Of a stretch of DNA of 24,851 bases, positions 8,505 through 16,039 are shown piece by piece. Position 1 is the stretch's first letter. Each line of letters starts with the position of its first letter. The notes under the pieces were generated by a model. It was given only the letters and a program-made list of their open reading frames with translations, searched no databases and was not told the DNA's origin. A program made the translations under genes and the position numbers. The stretch is from a virus (lineage: Duplodnaviria > Caudoviricetes). The stretch covers positions 1 through 24,851 of the IMG/VR virus record IMGVR_UViG_3300043427_000106; one strand, given 5' to 3'.

Positions 8505-9163
8505 GCAACTACATTGCTGTCTGCACCCCAGCCCGTGACCAGGTTCACACCAACTATTGCTACTGCATGGTAAATTTGGTCGCGTACCACACACTCAACA
8601 CAGAAGACGCTATCAGTCTGAAATTGATGCAGGGCACGATCATTCAAAACCAGAGAGCAGATCTGTGCTTGGATGCCATGCGCGAGGGATGCACACACAT
8701 TTTGTTCATCGACAGCGACATGACCTTCCCACAGGACATGGTGCAGCGCCTGCTCAAGCACGACAAGCCCATCGTGGCCGCCAACTGTGCACGGCGCAGA
8801 ATGCCAACTGGCCCAACGGCGCAGAACTATGATGCCGATGGCAAGCGTGTCCCTGTTTTCACCATGCCAGAGTCCACTGGATTGGAAGAGGTCGGAAGCA
8901 TTGGCACTGGCATAATGCTCATCAAGCGCGAGGTGTTTGAGGGTATGTCCGAGCCATGGTTCGATATGCCTTGGCAGACCACACGGGGTTACATGGGCGA
9001 GGATGTGTTTTTCTGCAAGAAGGCACAGGAACTTGGATACAAGGTCTACATCGACCATGACGTATCCCATGAGATTGGACACATCGGCACTTTTGAATTT
9101 GGGCATCCTCACACCTGGGTGGTGAAAGAGGAAATGGAAAAAGAGGCTGGAAATGGCACTTAG
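8501..9163 (+). CDS. GT-A fold (GT2-like) glycosyltransferase, second one
   Basis: IAVCTPA strand, THILFIDSDM (DxD), GTGIMLIKREVFE, GEDVFFC acceptor-base motif, and GHIG. Confidence 0.85.
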   Translation: MSNYIAVCTPARDQVHTNYCYCMVNLVAYHTLNTEDAISLKLMQGTIIQNQRADLCLDAMREGCTHILFIDSDMTFPQDMVQRLLKHDKPIVAANCARRRMPTGPTAQNYDADGKRVPVFTMPESTGLEEVGSIGTGIMLIKREVFEGMSEPWFDMPWQTTRGYMGEDVFFCKKAQELGYKVYIDHDVSHEIGHIGTFEFGHPHTWVVKEEMEKEAGNGT

Positions 9164-9776
9164 CACATATGCGGAGTTGAGGACATCGATTGGCGACTGG
9201 CTGAACAGGTCAGACCTGGCGGCCACCATCCCTGACTTCATCTCGCTGGCCGAGGCGCAGATCGAGCGCACACTGCGCACACGCCAAATGATTGTGCGTG
9301 CCAATGCGTCTTTCGACTCTGAGTATGGCGCTGTGCCTGCTGACTTCTTGGAGGTTAAGTCCCTCAAGCTGACCAGCACCAACCCCTTAACGCCTTTGGA
9401 GTTCCTGTCGATTGATGACATGGACCAAGCCCGATCCCAATACACTGCCAGCAATAAGCCCAGGTTCTTCACGGTGGTGGGAAATCAGTTTCGGATTGCA
9501 CCAACGCCTGATGCAACTTACACAGCCGAGCTGATCTACTTTGCGAAGTTGACGAAGTTGTCAAACAGCGTGGCCAGCAATTGGCTTTTGGCATCAAGTC
9601 CTGACATCTATTTGTACGGTGCGCTGTTGCAGGCTGCTCCATACCTGCAAGACGATGCGAGAATTCAGACATGGGCAACGCTGTATGAGCGAGCCTTGAA
9701 TGATTTGAGAACAGCAGACAGCAGGGCATCTACCTCTGGTGGCTCACTGTTGACCCGTGCAAAGACTTTTGGATAA
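9153..9776 (+). CDS. Putative head-tail adaptor / tail tubular protein A-like
   Basis: TYAELRTSIGDWLNRSDL...DFISLAEA N-terminal helices, APTPD..Y, NWLL...PDIYLYGALLQA; position after the capsid genes. Confidence 0.7.
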   Translation: MALSTYAELRTSIGDWLNRSDLAATIPDFISLAEAQIERTLRTRQMIVRANASFDSEYGAVPADFLEVKSLKLTSTNPLTPLEFLSIDDMDQARSQYTASNKPRFFTVVGNQFRIAPTPDATYTAELIYFAKLTKLSNSVASNWLLASSPDIYLYGALLQAAPYLQDDARIQTWATLYERALNDLRTADSRASTSGGSLLTRAKTFG

Positions 9777-9785
9777 GGGCTGGAT

Positions 9786-10184
9786 ATGTCATCTTTTACC
9801 GACCACACAGAAAATCTGGTGCTGACCTGGCTCTTGACCAGCGGCACGGCTACACGCCCGACAGCTTGGTATGTGGGCCTGTTTACGGCTGCCCCATCTG
9901 ACACTGGTGGCGGCACTGAGGTGACAGGCAACGGGTACGCCCGTGTGGCCACTGGCACGATCACGGTTTCTGGCACAAGCCCCACCAACGCCACCAACGC
10001 AGCGGCCATTGAGTTTGCAGCGGCTTCTGGTGGCAATTGGGGTGAAATCGGCTGGGCTGCCATCTTTGACGCCGAAACAAGCGGCAATATGTTGGCTTGG
10101 GCTGCACTGAGTACAGCACGCACCATTAACGATGGCGATGTGTTGCGCATCCCTGCTGGTGACCTTGACGTTACCTTGACATGA
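9786..10184 (+). CDS. Virion structural (tail/fibre-associated) beta-rich protein
   Basis: YVGLFTAAPSDTGGGTEVTGNGYAR motif, typical of small phage tail-associated proteins. Confidence 0.7.
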   Translation: MSSFTDHTENLVLTWLLTSGTATRPTAWYVGLFTAAPSDTGGGTEVTGNGYARVATGTITVSGTSPTNATNAAAIEFAAASGGNWGEIGWAAIFDAETSGNMLAWAALSTARTINDGDVLRIPAGDLDVTLT

Positions 10185-10185
10185 C

Positions 10186-10947
10186 ATGGCTGCGTATGGC
10201 CGTGGTCCATATGGCGAGGGAAATTACAGCTACGGCATAAGCCTCGCCTCAGTCACACTTGCAGCCACCAGCGCGGTGGCTGTGGACGCAAAACGCATCT
10301 GCATAGGTGCGTTTTCTGTTTCTGCTGTCAGTGATGTGGCTGTGGCCACCAACGTCATCAAAGACGCATCATTTGCGGTGGCCGCATCCAGCAGCGCATC
10401 AGTTGCTGCGCAGCGTGTGGCTGTGGCGGCTGCTACGGCCTCCAGCGCCAGCAACATGGCCGTTTCTGGCGTGCGGTATGCCATAGGTGCGGCCACTGCT
10501 GAATCGACCTCCAGCGCGGCTGTATCGGCTTTGCGGGTGGCGATTGCCAGAGCGACTGCTGTGGACGAGAGCGCCATGACGGTCAGCGCCATCAGAGTCC
10601 CGCTGATTGAAATCCTGATTGAAGACTTTGGCGTCATGACGGTCAGCACCAGCGTGATCGTCAACCAGGCTGTGCTGATTCAGGCGCAGTCGGCCATGAC
10701 CGTGAACGGCACGCGCAGGCAGAGCATTGGACTGACGTTTGCTGGCGTGTCCGGCATGACGGTGGCGGGTAATTTGAAGTGGGTTCCAGAGGGTGACACA
10801 CCTGAAACTTGGTCGGCAATTTCTGATAACTCAGAAACCTGGACGCCAGTGTCGGACACTTCAGAAACATGGGATGCGATTGCTGACACCAGTGAAACAT
10901 GGACACCAATCGCCGATAATTCAGAGAACTGGCAAATAGCCGCATAG
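10186..10947 (+). CDS. Repetitive Ala/Ser/Val-rich virion protein (fibre-like)
   Basis: N-terminal YG repeats, about nine 20-aa repeats, then six Trp at exact 10-aa spacing. Confidence 0.75.
   Translation: MAAYGRGPYGEGNYSYGISLASVTLAATSAVAVDAKRICIGAFSVSAVSDVAVATNVIKDASFAVAASSSASVAAQRVAVAAATASSASNMAVSGVRYAIGAATAESTSSAAVSALRVAIARATAVDESAMTVSAIRVPLIEILIEDFGVMTVSTSVIVNQAVLIQAQSAMTVNGTRRQSIGLTFAGVSGMTVAGNLKWVPEGDTPETWSAISDNSETWTPVSDTSETWDAIADTSETWTPIADNSENWQIAA
10780..10932 (+). repeat. Degenerate 30-nt coding tandem repeat, W-x-x-I/V-x-D-x-S-E-T
   Basis: TGG codons at 10780, 10810, 10840, 10870, 10900 and 10930. Confidence 0.9.
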
Positions 10948-10956
10948 GGGTAAAAC

Positions 10957-12384
10957 ATGGCAGATTCAACTACGACAAATTTGTTACTGACCAAACCAGA
11001 GGTCGGTGCATCGACTGATACTTGGGGGACCAAGATCAACACCGACTTGGACACCATTGATGCGCTGTTTGATGCGGGCCCAGTGCTCAAGGTGACAAGG
11101 GGCGGCACAGGTGTCGGCACATCCACTGGATCGGGCAACAACGTGTTGTCCACTAGTCCGACATTGGTGACCCCAGTATTGGGAACACCAACAAGCGCAA
11201 CTCTGACAAACGCCACAGGCTTGCCCTTGACCACAGGCGTCACAGGCACTTTGCCTGTGGCAAATGGCGGCACAGGCATTACAAGCCTTGGCTCTGGTGT
11301 TGCGACATTCTTGGGAACACCAAGCAGCGCCAACCTTGCTGCTGCGGTAACAGACGAAACAGGCACTGGCGCTTTGGTGTTTGCCAACAGCCCCACCTTG
11401 GTGACTCCAGCCTTGGGCACTCCAGCATCGGGTGTGGTGACAAACCTGACCGGCACAGCCTCCATCAACATCAACGGCACTGTGGGCGCTACAACGGCCT
11501 CAACTGGTGCTTTCACTACGCTATCTGCCACAGGGGTGACAACGGTTCAAGCTGGCACTGCTGCGGCTCCTGCAATCACCACTTCCGGCGACACCAACAC
11601 AGGCATCTTTTTCCCTGCGGCTGACACCATTGCTTTCTCTGAAGGTGGTGCAGAGGCTATGCGCCTCGACTCCTCCGGCAACCTCGGCTTGGGGGTTACT
11701 CCGAGTGCTTGGAGTGCGTACAAAGCATTTGAGGTAAATGCAGGTTCCATTGCAGCTAGTGCCGGAGCAGGTACAGTAATTGTTTCCAACAATGCTTTTT
11801 TTGACGGTACAAACTGGATTTATAAAGCCACAGGCGTTGCATCTGATCATGTTCAAACTGCTGGTCAACACTGGTTTCGTACAGCAGCCTCCGGCACAGC
11901 AGGTAACGCTATTACCTTTACTCAGGCGATGACGCTGGATGCGAGTGGGAATTTGGCTCTTGGTACAACAAGCGCAGGGACAAGATTAGTTCTTGCTACT
12001 GATGATTCAGCAGCAACTGGTCAGCTAAGGTACGCCCGTTCTGCTGATACAAGTTTTTATTGGGAAACTGGTAGAGACAATAATCTTACTGGCGATTTTG
12101 TTTTTAGTAACGCTGCTGGTGGCGCTAAAACCGAACGCGCCCGTATCACTTCCGGCGGGGAAGTGCTGGTGGGCCTGAATTCTGCCACTGGTGTTGCACT
12201 GCTTCAAGTATCCGGGCCTATCCGGACTACAGGCTACACGGTTGCAACATTACCCGCTGGAACTGTCGGCATGAGAACGTATGTGACAGACGCACTAGCT
12301 CCGGTTTTTGGCGTTGCTGTCGCTGGCAGCGGTGCTGTCACTATCCCTGTTTTTTACAACGGCGCAAACTGGATCGTTGCTTAA
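10957..12384 (+). CDS. Tail fibre protein
   Basis: N-terminal anchor [22 protein letters not shown]; Thr/Gly-rich shaft with repeated SPTLVTPxLGTP; three [12 protein letters not shown]-type fibre repeats. Confidence 0.85.
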   Translation: MADSTTTNLLLTKPEVGASTDTWGTKINTDLDTIDALFDAGPVLKVTRGGTGVGTSTGSGNNVLSTSPTLVTPVLGTPTSATLTNATGLPLTTGVTGTLPVANGGTGITSLGSGVATFLGTPSSANLAAAVTDETGTGALVFANSPTLVTPALGTPASGVVTNLTGTASININGTVGATTASTGAFTTLSATGVTTVQAGTAAAPAITTSGDTNTGIFFPAADTIAFSEGGAEAMRLDSSGNLGLGVTPSAWSAYKAFEVNAGSIAASAGAGTVIVSNNAFFDGTNWIYKATGVASDHVQTAGQHWFRTAASGTAGNAITFTQAMTLDASGNLALGTTSAGTRLVLATDDSAATGQLRYARSADTSFYWETGRDNNLTGDFVFSNAAGGAKTERARITSGGEVLVGLNSATGVALLQVSGPIRTTGYTVATLPAGTVGMRTYVTDALAPVFGVAVAGSGAVTIPVFYNGANWIVA

Positions 12385-12409
12385 CATTTACCCCTCGAAA
12401 GGAAAAACC

Positions 12410-12478
12410 ATGACTACCACTTGGACAATCACCCAAACCGACTACGAAGTCTCCAACGGTTTCATTACCACAGCCTAA
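12410..12478 (+). pseudogene. Stranded 22-codon 5' fragment of the gene at 13189
   Basis: AAAGGA SD, then MTTTWTITQTDYEVSNGFITTA-stop; 14 of 22 residues are identical to the N-terminus of 13189..13494. Confidence 0.85.
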
Positions 12479-13260
12479 ACTTATGGTCGCCAGATTAACA
12501 ACAGAGGAATTTGTCGCCAAGGCCACTCAGGTTCATGGCGGCAGATACACCTATGACAAAGTGGTTTATGAAACCAAGTTGTCAAAAATTGTTGTTACTT
12601 GCCCGAAGCACGGTGACTATGAGGTGTCTGCAACTATCCACATTCAAGGGCACATTGGAAGATGCTGTGCAAACGAAGCCAAAAAAGGCATTCGTACTCG
12701 AAAAGACACACCAGAATATCTTGAGCGCAAAGCTGCTTTAGCCAAAGAGTCTATGTTTTTTGAAGGTGTGTCGTGCCAGATTTGCGGAAACAAAACACGT
12801 TATTCATGCAATAACTCATGTGCAAATTGCGCCGTTGAGTCAAGACGCAAATCAAACGCCAAAAACAACGGTGTGCGTCATCGCAGAATTAACCAAGCAA
12901 ACATCTACCGATCTGACGCTGGTGTGCAAAAACGGATACAAGACATATACGCTTGCGTCCGAGACATGAGCAAGACGTTTTCCACCGAACTTCATGTTGA
13001 CCATATTGTTCCGCTTAGGGCTAAAAATGCTTGTGGTTTGCATGTGCCTTGGAACCTGATGGTAACAACGGCAAAATACAATCTTAGCAAGCAAAACAAA
13101 ATTGACGATGTGCCCCTTGTCAACACCAGCACCTCAGTGGTGATTCATCAATCCGCTTTACCTTGGAACTTGAAAAAGGAAACTCAAAATGACTATCGCT
13201 TATAACTGGACAGTTTCGGAAACAAACTACGAAACCTCAAATGGATTTATTTTTACGGCA
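12476..13260 (+). mobile_element. Inferred homing-endonuclease cassette: HNH gene plus replacement RBS and 5' end of the target gene
   Basis: Deleting 12476-13260 joins ...ACC ACA GCC to CAT TGG CAA in frame and restores a single intact gene from ATG 12410. Confidence 0.7.
12483..13205 (+). CDS. HNH homing endonuclease with N-terminal Zn-ribbon (DUF723-like) DNA-binding domain
   Basis: TTEEFVAKA..VHG..Y.Y....Y......V.CPKHG module, further CxxC pairs, and HNH core LHVDHIVPL...GLHVPWNL...N.SK.NK. Visibly more AT-rich than its flanks. Confidence 0.9.
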   Translation: MVARLTTEEFVAKATQVHGGRYTYDKVVYETKLSKIVVTCPKHGDYEVSATIHIQGHIGRCCANEAKKGIRTRKDTPEYLERKAALAKESMFFEGVSCQICGNKTRYSCNNSCANCAVESRRKSNAKNNGVRHRRINQANIYRSDAGVQKRIQDIYACVRDMSKTFSTELHVDHIVPLRAKNACGLHVPWNLMVTTAKYNLSKQNKIDDVPLVNTSTSVVIHQSALPWNLKKETQNDYRL

Positions 13261-13494
13261 CATTGGCAATGCACAGCAGTGGATGGTGACTACACAGCCT
13301 CCATCTATTCCACTTGCAGCTTTGCCGCTGCTGAGCCATCTATCCCTTACGCTGATGTAACCATGCAAGAAGTGCTTGGCTGGTGCTGGAACAACGGTGT
13401 GGACAAAGATGCCACCGAAGCTGCTTTGGCTGCCAACATTGCCCTGCAAAAGAATCCTGTGACAGCTACTGGCACACCTTGGGGTCAAGCATGA
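13189..13494 (+). CDS. Small tail-fibre-associated protein
   Basis: AAAGGA SD; AHWQC.AVDG, IPYADVT..EVLGW and C-terminal GTPW, the pattern of small proteins that follow tail fibre genes. Confidence 0.8.
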   Translation: MTIAYNWTVSETNYETSNGFIFTAHWQCTAVDGDYTASIYSTCSFAAAEPSIPYADVTMQEVLGWCWNNGVDKDATEAALAANIALQKNPVTATGTPWGQA

Positions 13495-13646
13495 ACTTGA
13501 ATCTCGAAACCAATGAAGTGCAATTCATCCTGAACGTGCTGGGCGAGATGCCAGCCAAGTCAGGTGTGTGGCCTTTGATTGTGAAAATCAAGGAGCAAGC
13601 TGAAGCTCAAGTTGCTGATGGAGTGAAGGCAGATGACAACAGTTGA
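13491..13646 (+). CDS. Small helical protein (51 aa), possible fibre chaperone
   Basis: ATGA overlap; MNLNLETNEVQFILNVLGEMPAKSGVWPLIVKIKEQAEAQ. The start at 13491 is preferred over 13383. Confidence 0.75.
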   Translation: MNLNLETNEVQFILNVLGEMPAKSGVWPLIVKIKEQAEAQVADGVKADDNS

Positions 13647-13812
13647 CGCAACAGATGCACGCTTGCAGACACATGAAGAAATCTGCGCCATACGCTATGA
13701 GCAGATCAATGCACGGTTAAAGCGCATAGAGGGCATCATGCTCAAGACCGCTGGTGTGATGATCCTGTCGATGGCTGGCACGATCTTTTCTGCTGTGTGG
13801 ATACTCAAATGA
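13633..13812 (+). CDS. Small coiled-coil plus C-terminal TM protein (59 aa, XhlA-like topology), absent from the ORF track
   Basis: MTTVDATDARLQTHEEICAIRYEQINARLKRIEGIMLKTAGVMILSMAGTIFSAVWILK; overlaps both neighbours. Confidence 0.8.
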   Translation: MTTVDATDARLQTHEEICAIRYEQINARLKRIEGIMLKTAGVMILSMAGTIFSAVWILK

Positions 13813-13907
13813 GAGAGTGGGCAGTCAGCTTCATCGCGGCTGCCCTTCTTGTTGGGCTGGTCATTTGGTGCGTCAAAGTTTTAATCTGGGCTTTTTATGT
13901 TGGTTGA
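13809..13907 (+). CDS. 32-aa single-TM peptide, absent from the ORF track
   Basis: ATGA overlap at 13809-13812; MREWAVSFIAAALLVGLVIWCVKVLIWAFYVG fills the gap to the next gene. Confidence 0.6.
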   Translation: MREWAVSFIAAALLVGLVIWCVKVLIWAFYVG

Positions 13908-14328
13908 ACTCGCGGCAGCAAATGCCGCTTTTGCTGTCATCAAAGAAACGGTGCAAAACGGCGGCGACATTATGGCCGCTGGTCAAAAGCTGTTTGACTT
14001 CTTTGACAACAAGAACGCCATCCAAAAGAAGGCCAACAGCGGCAACGACATGGAGGCGTTTGCTGCCCTTGAGCAGATCAAGAACAACGAGGCTGAACTC
14101 AAACGCATGATGGTCTACCACGGCAGGGCTGGTCTGTGGGATGACTGGCTCAAGTTCCAGAAAGAAGCAAAGCAAAAGCGCGAGGCTGCTGAGAAAGAAG
14201 CCGCACGCAAGAAAGCTGCACGGATTGAAAAGGCTTGGCAGATCGTCATGTGGTCGGCCATTTTTGTTCTTGTGTGCGCTCTGACAATCATCGGCCTGTG
14301 GGTCGTGTCGCAATTGAAAGGTAAATAA
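13897..14328 (+). CDS. Hypothetical protein with coiled coil and C-terminal TM helix
   Basis: 143 aa; charged helical region followed by IVMWSAIFVLVCALTIIGLWVV; TAATG overlap with the next gene. Confidence 0.8.
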   Translation: MLVELAAANAAFAVIKETVQNGGDIMAAGQKLFDFFDNKNAIQKKANSGNDMEAFAALEQIKNNEAELKRMMVYHGRAGLWDDWLKFQKEAKQKREAAEKEAARKKAARIEKAWQIVMWSAIFVLVCALTIIGLWVVSQLKGK

Positions 14329-14852
14329 TGCTGTCACTGTTCTCAACCCTTGGAGGTCTGCTGATTTCCGGCCTTCCCAAGCTGCTGGAGTTCTTCCAAA
14401 ACAAGCAAGACCAAGCGCACGAGTTGCGGCTGGCATCTTTGCAAAACGAGCGCGAACTGGCTCTGGCTGCTGCTGGCTTTGCCGCGCAGGCCCGTGTCGA
14501 GGAGATTCGCACCGAGCAGGTCGCCATGCAGACCCAAGCGCAGATGGCTGAAGCTGAAGCTGAGATGGTCAAAGGTGCTCAGGATCACGACAAGGCCATC
14601 ATCAAGAACGGCAGCACATGGATCGTGAACTACATCGGCACTGTGCGTCCGACAGTGACCTACATCTTTGTACTTGAACTGGTCTGTATCAACATCTTCC
14701 TGTGCTACTACCTGTGGAGCAATCCCGGCATGATCTCCAGCATGGATGACGTGCTGCGCTACGCCGACATCATCTTCAGCGCAGACGAAATGGCTATGCT
14801 TGGCGGCATCATTGGTTTCTGGTTTGGATCGCGCAACTGGAGCAAGAAGTGA
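14328..14852 (+). CDS. Putative holin (3TM-holin-like)
   Basis: N-terminal hydrophobic segment, coiled coil, VRP.VTY TM segment and IIGFWFGSR C-terminal motif; directly upstream of the lysozyme. Confidence 0.65.
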   Translation: MLSLFSTLGGLLISGLPKLLEFFQNKQDQAHELRLASLQNERELALAAAGFAAQARVEEIRTEQVAMQTQAQMAEAEAEMVKGAQDHDKAIIKNGSTWIVNYIGTVRPTVTYIFVLELVCINIFLCYYLWSNPGMISSMDDVLRYADIIFSADEMAMLGGIIGFWFGSRNWSKK

Positions 14853-15364
14853 AGCTGTCAAAGGCTGGTGAAGACCTGATGCATCGTTTTGAAGGGTGCA
14901 GAAGTCGCCCATATTTATGTCCGGCGCATATTCACACGATTGGCTACGGCCACGTCCTGTACCAAGAGCAGATCAGGCTTCCTATGGTGCGGCCACCGGG
15001 CAAGACCAAAGAGGACATTCCGATGATCCGCAAAGAGTACCCACTGAAACCGGAGGACAACCGTGTTTGGACGAAAGAAGAGATCAACCACCTATTCCGA
15101 GATGACGTCGCGTCTTTTGAACGTGGTGTTCTACGACTTGTTCCCGGCGTTGTTGGCCGTCAAGGCGCTTTTGACGCTCTGGTCTCTATATCCTTCAATT
15201 TTGGACTAGGCAACCTCCAACGCTCTACCATCCGTATGAAGGCCAACCGAGGCGACTGGGAGGGTGCTGCACAGGCTTTCAGGATGTGGACCAAGGGAGG
15301 TGGGAAAGTGCTGCCGGGTCTTGTGCGGCGCAGGGAGGCAGAGATTGCTTTGTTCCTGTCTTAA
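14849..15364 (+). CDS. Endolysin, GH24 phage lysozyme
   Basis: Catalytic E15-x8-C24-x5-T30 (FEGCRSRPYLCPAHIHTIGYGH), FDALVS..FN.G, and GLVRRREAE. Confidence 0.93.
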   Translation: MKLSKAGEDLMHRFEGCRSRPYLCPAHIHTIGYGHVLYQEQIRLPMVRPPGKTKEDIPMIRKEYPLKPEDNRVWTKEEINHLFRDDVASFERGVLRLVPGVVGRQGAFDALVSISFNFGLGNLQRSTIRMKANRGDWEGAAQAFRMWTKGGGKVLPGLVRRREAEIALFLS

Positions 15365-15382
15365 AGGTGGAATAATTGCGCC

Positions 15383-16039
15383 ATGGCAAACATCAAGCAG
15401 CAACTGGAAGTCCCCTCAATACCGAGCCTTGGCTTTGCGCCGGAGGGGTATGAGCGCAGGCATTTCAGCGAAAACTATGGGTCTTTGAACCTGTACTTTC
15501 GCAAGATGACCAGTGTGCTGGGTGCATTGTTTGGCCCAATGGGTGGCAAGAATCTGAACACCCCGCATGGCGCGTTTCACAGCAGCATTGATCAGGTCGC
15601 AGCAAATACCACCACGGCGTATCCAGTATTTTTTGGAACGACTGACATCTCCAATGGCGTCAGCATTGCAAGCGACTCTCGCATCACTGTGGCGGTGGAT
15701 GGCATTTGGAACTTGCAATTTTCTTTGCAGATCAAAAACGTCAGCAATGATGGCCAAGATTTTGATGTGTGGATTCGAAAAAACGGCACAAACATTGATG
15801 ACTCCAACAGCAGGTTTCACGCTCCGGCCAGGAAATCATCTGGCGACCCGAGCCACCTAGTCGCTGCCTTGAATTTTTTTGTCAGCTTGTCGGCTGGTGA
15901 TTACGTTGAGGTTGTGGGCTGCGTGACCAGCACAGATGTGAGCCTTGAGGCATTCGCTGCTGGCACAAGCCCCACACGCCCTGCAATTCCATCGGCAATT
16001 GCGACCATGACGTTTGTCTCCAATTTACCAACGGTGTGA
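15383..16039 (+). CDS. Virion protein with N-terminal helix and C-terminal C1q/BclA-like beta-sandwich
   Basis: ITVAVDGIWNLQFSLQ, VWIRKNG and LSAGDYVEV match the C1q/TNF-like jelly-roll pattern. Confidence 0.65.
   Translation: MANIKQQLEVPSIPSLGFAPEGYERRHFSENYGSLNLYFRKMTSVLGALFGPMGGKNLNTPHGAFHSSIDQVAANTTTAYPVFFGTTDISNGVSIASDSRITVAVDGIWNLQFSLQIKNVSNDGQDFDVWIRKNGTNIDDSNSRFHAPARKSSGDPSHLVAALNFFVSLSAGDYVEVVGCVTSTDVSLEAFAAGTSPTRPAIPSAIATMTFVSNLPTV

Noticed and set aside
10780-10932. 30-nt periodic repeat as a CRISPR array
   Set aside because: The units are contiguous with no spacers, conserved at protein level with synonymous variation, and there are no cas genes.
11900-12480. Diversity-generating retroelement target in the tail fibre
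   Set aside because: No template/variable repeat pair differing only at adenines and no reverse transcriptase in the window. The 12410/13189 duplication differs at all base types.
12476-13260. Group I intron or intein carrying the HNH
   Set aside because: The ORF fills almost the whole insert, leaving no room for a ribozyme core. The upstream exon does not end in U and the insert does not end in G. An in-frame stop excludes an intein, and the downstream gene has its own start.
12473-13263. T4 gene 60-like ribosomal bypass from GCC-TAA to GCA
   Set aside because: The gap is 785 nt, the codons are not identical, no take-off hairpin is evident, and the downstream copy has its own SD and ATG.
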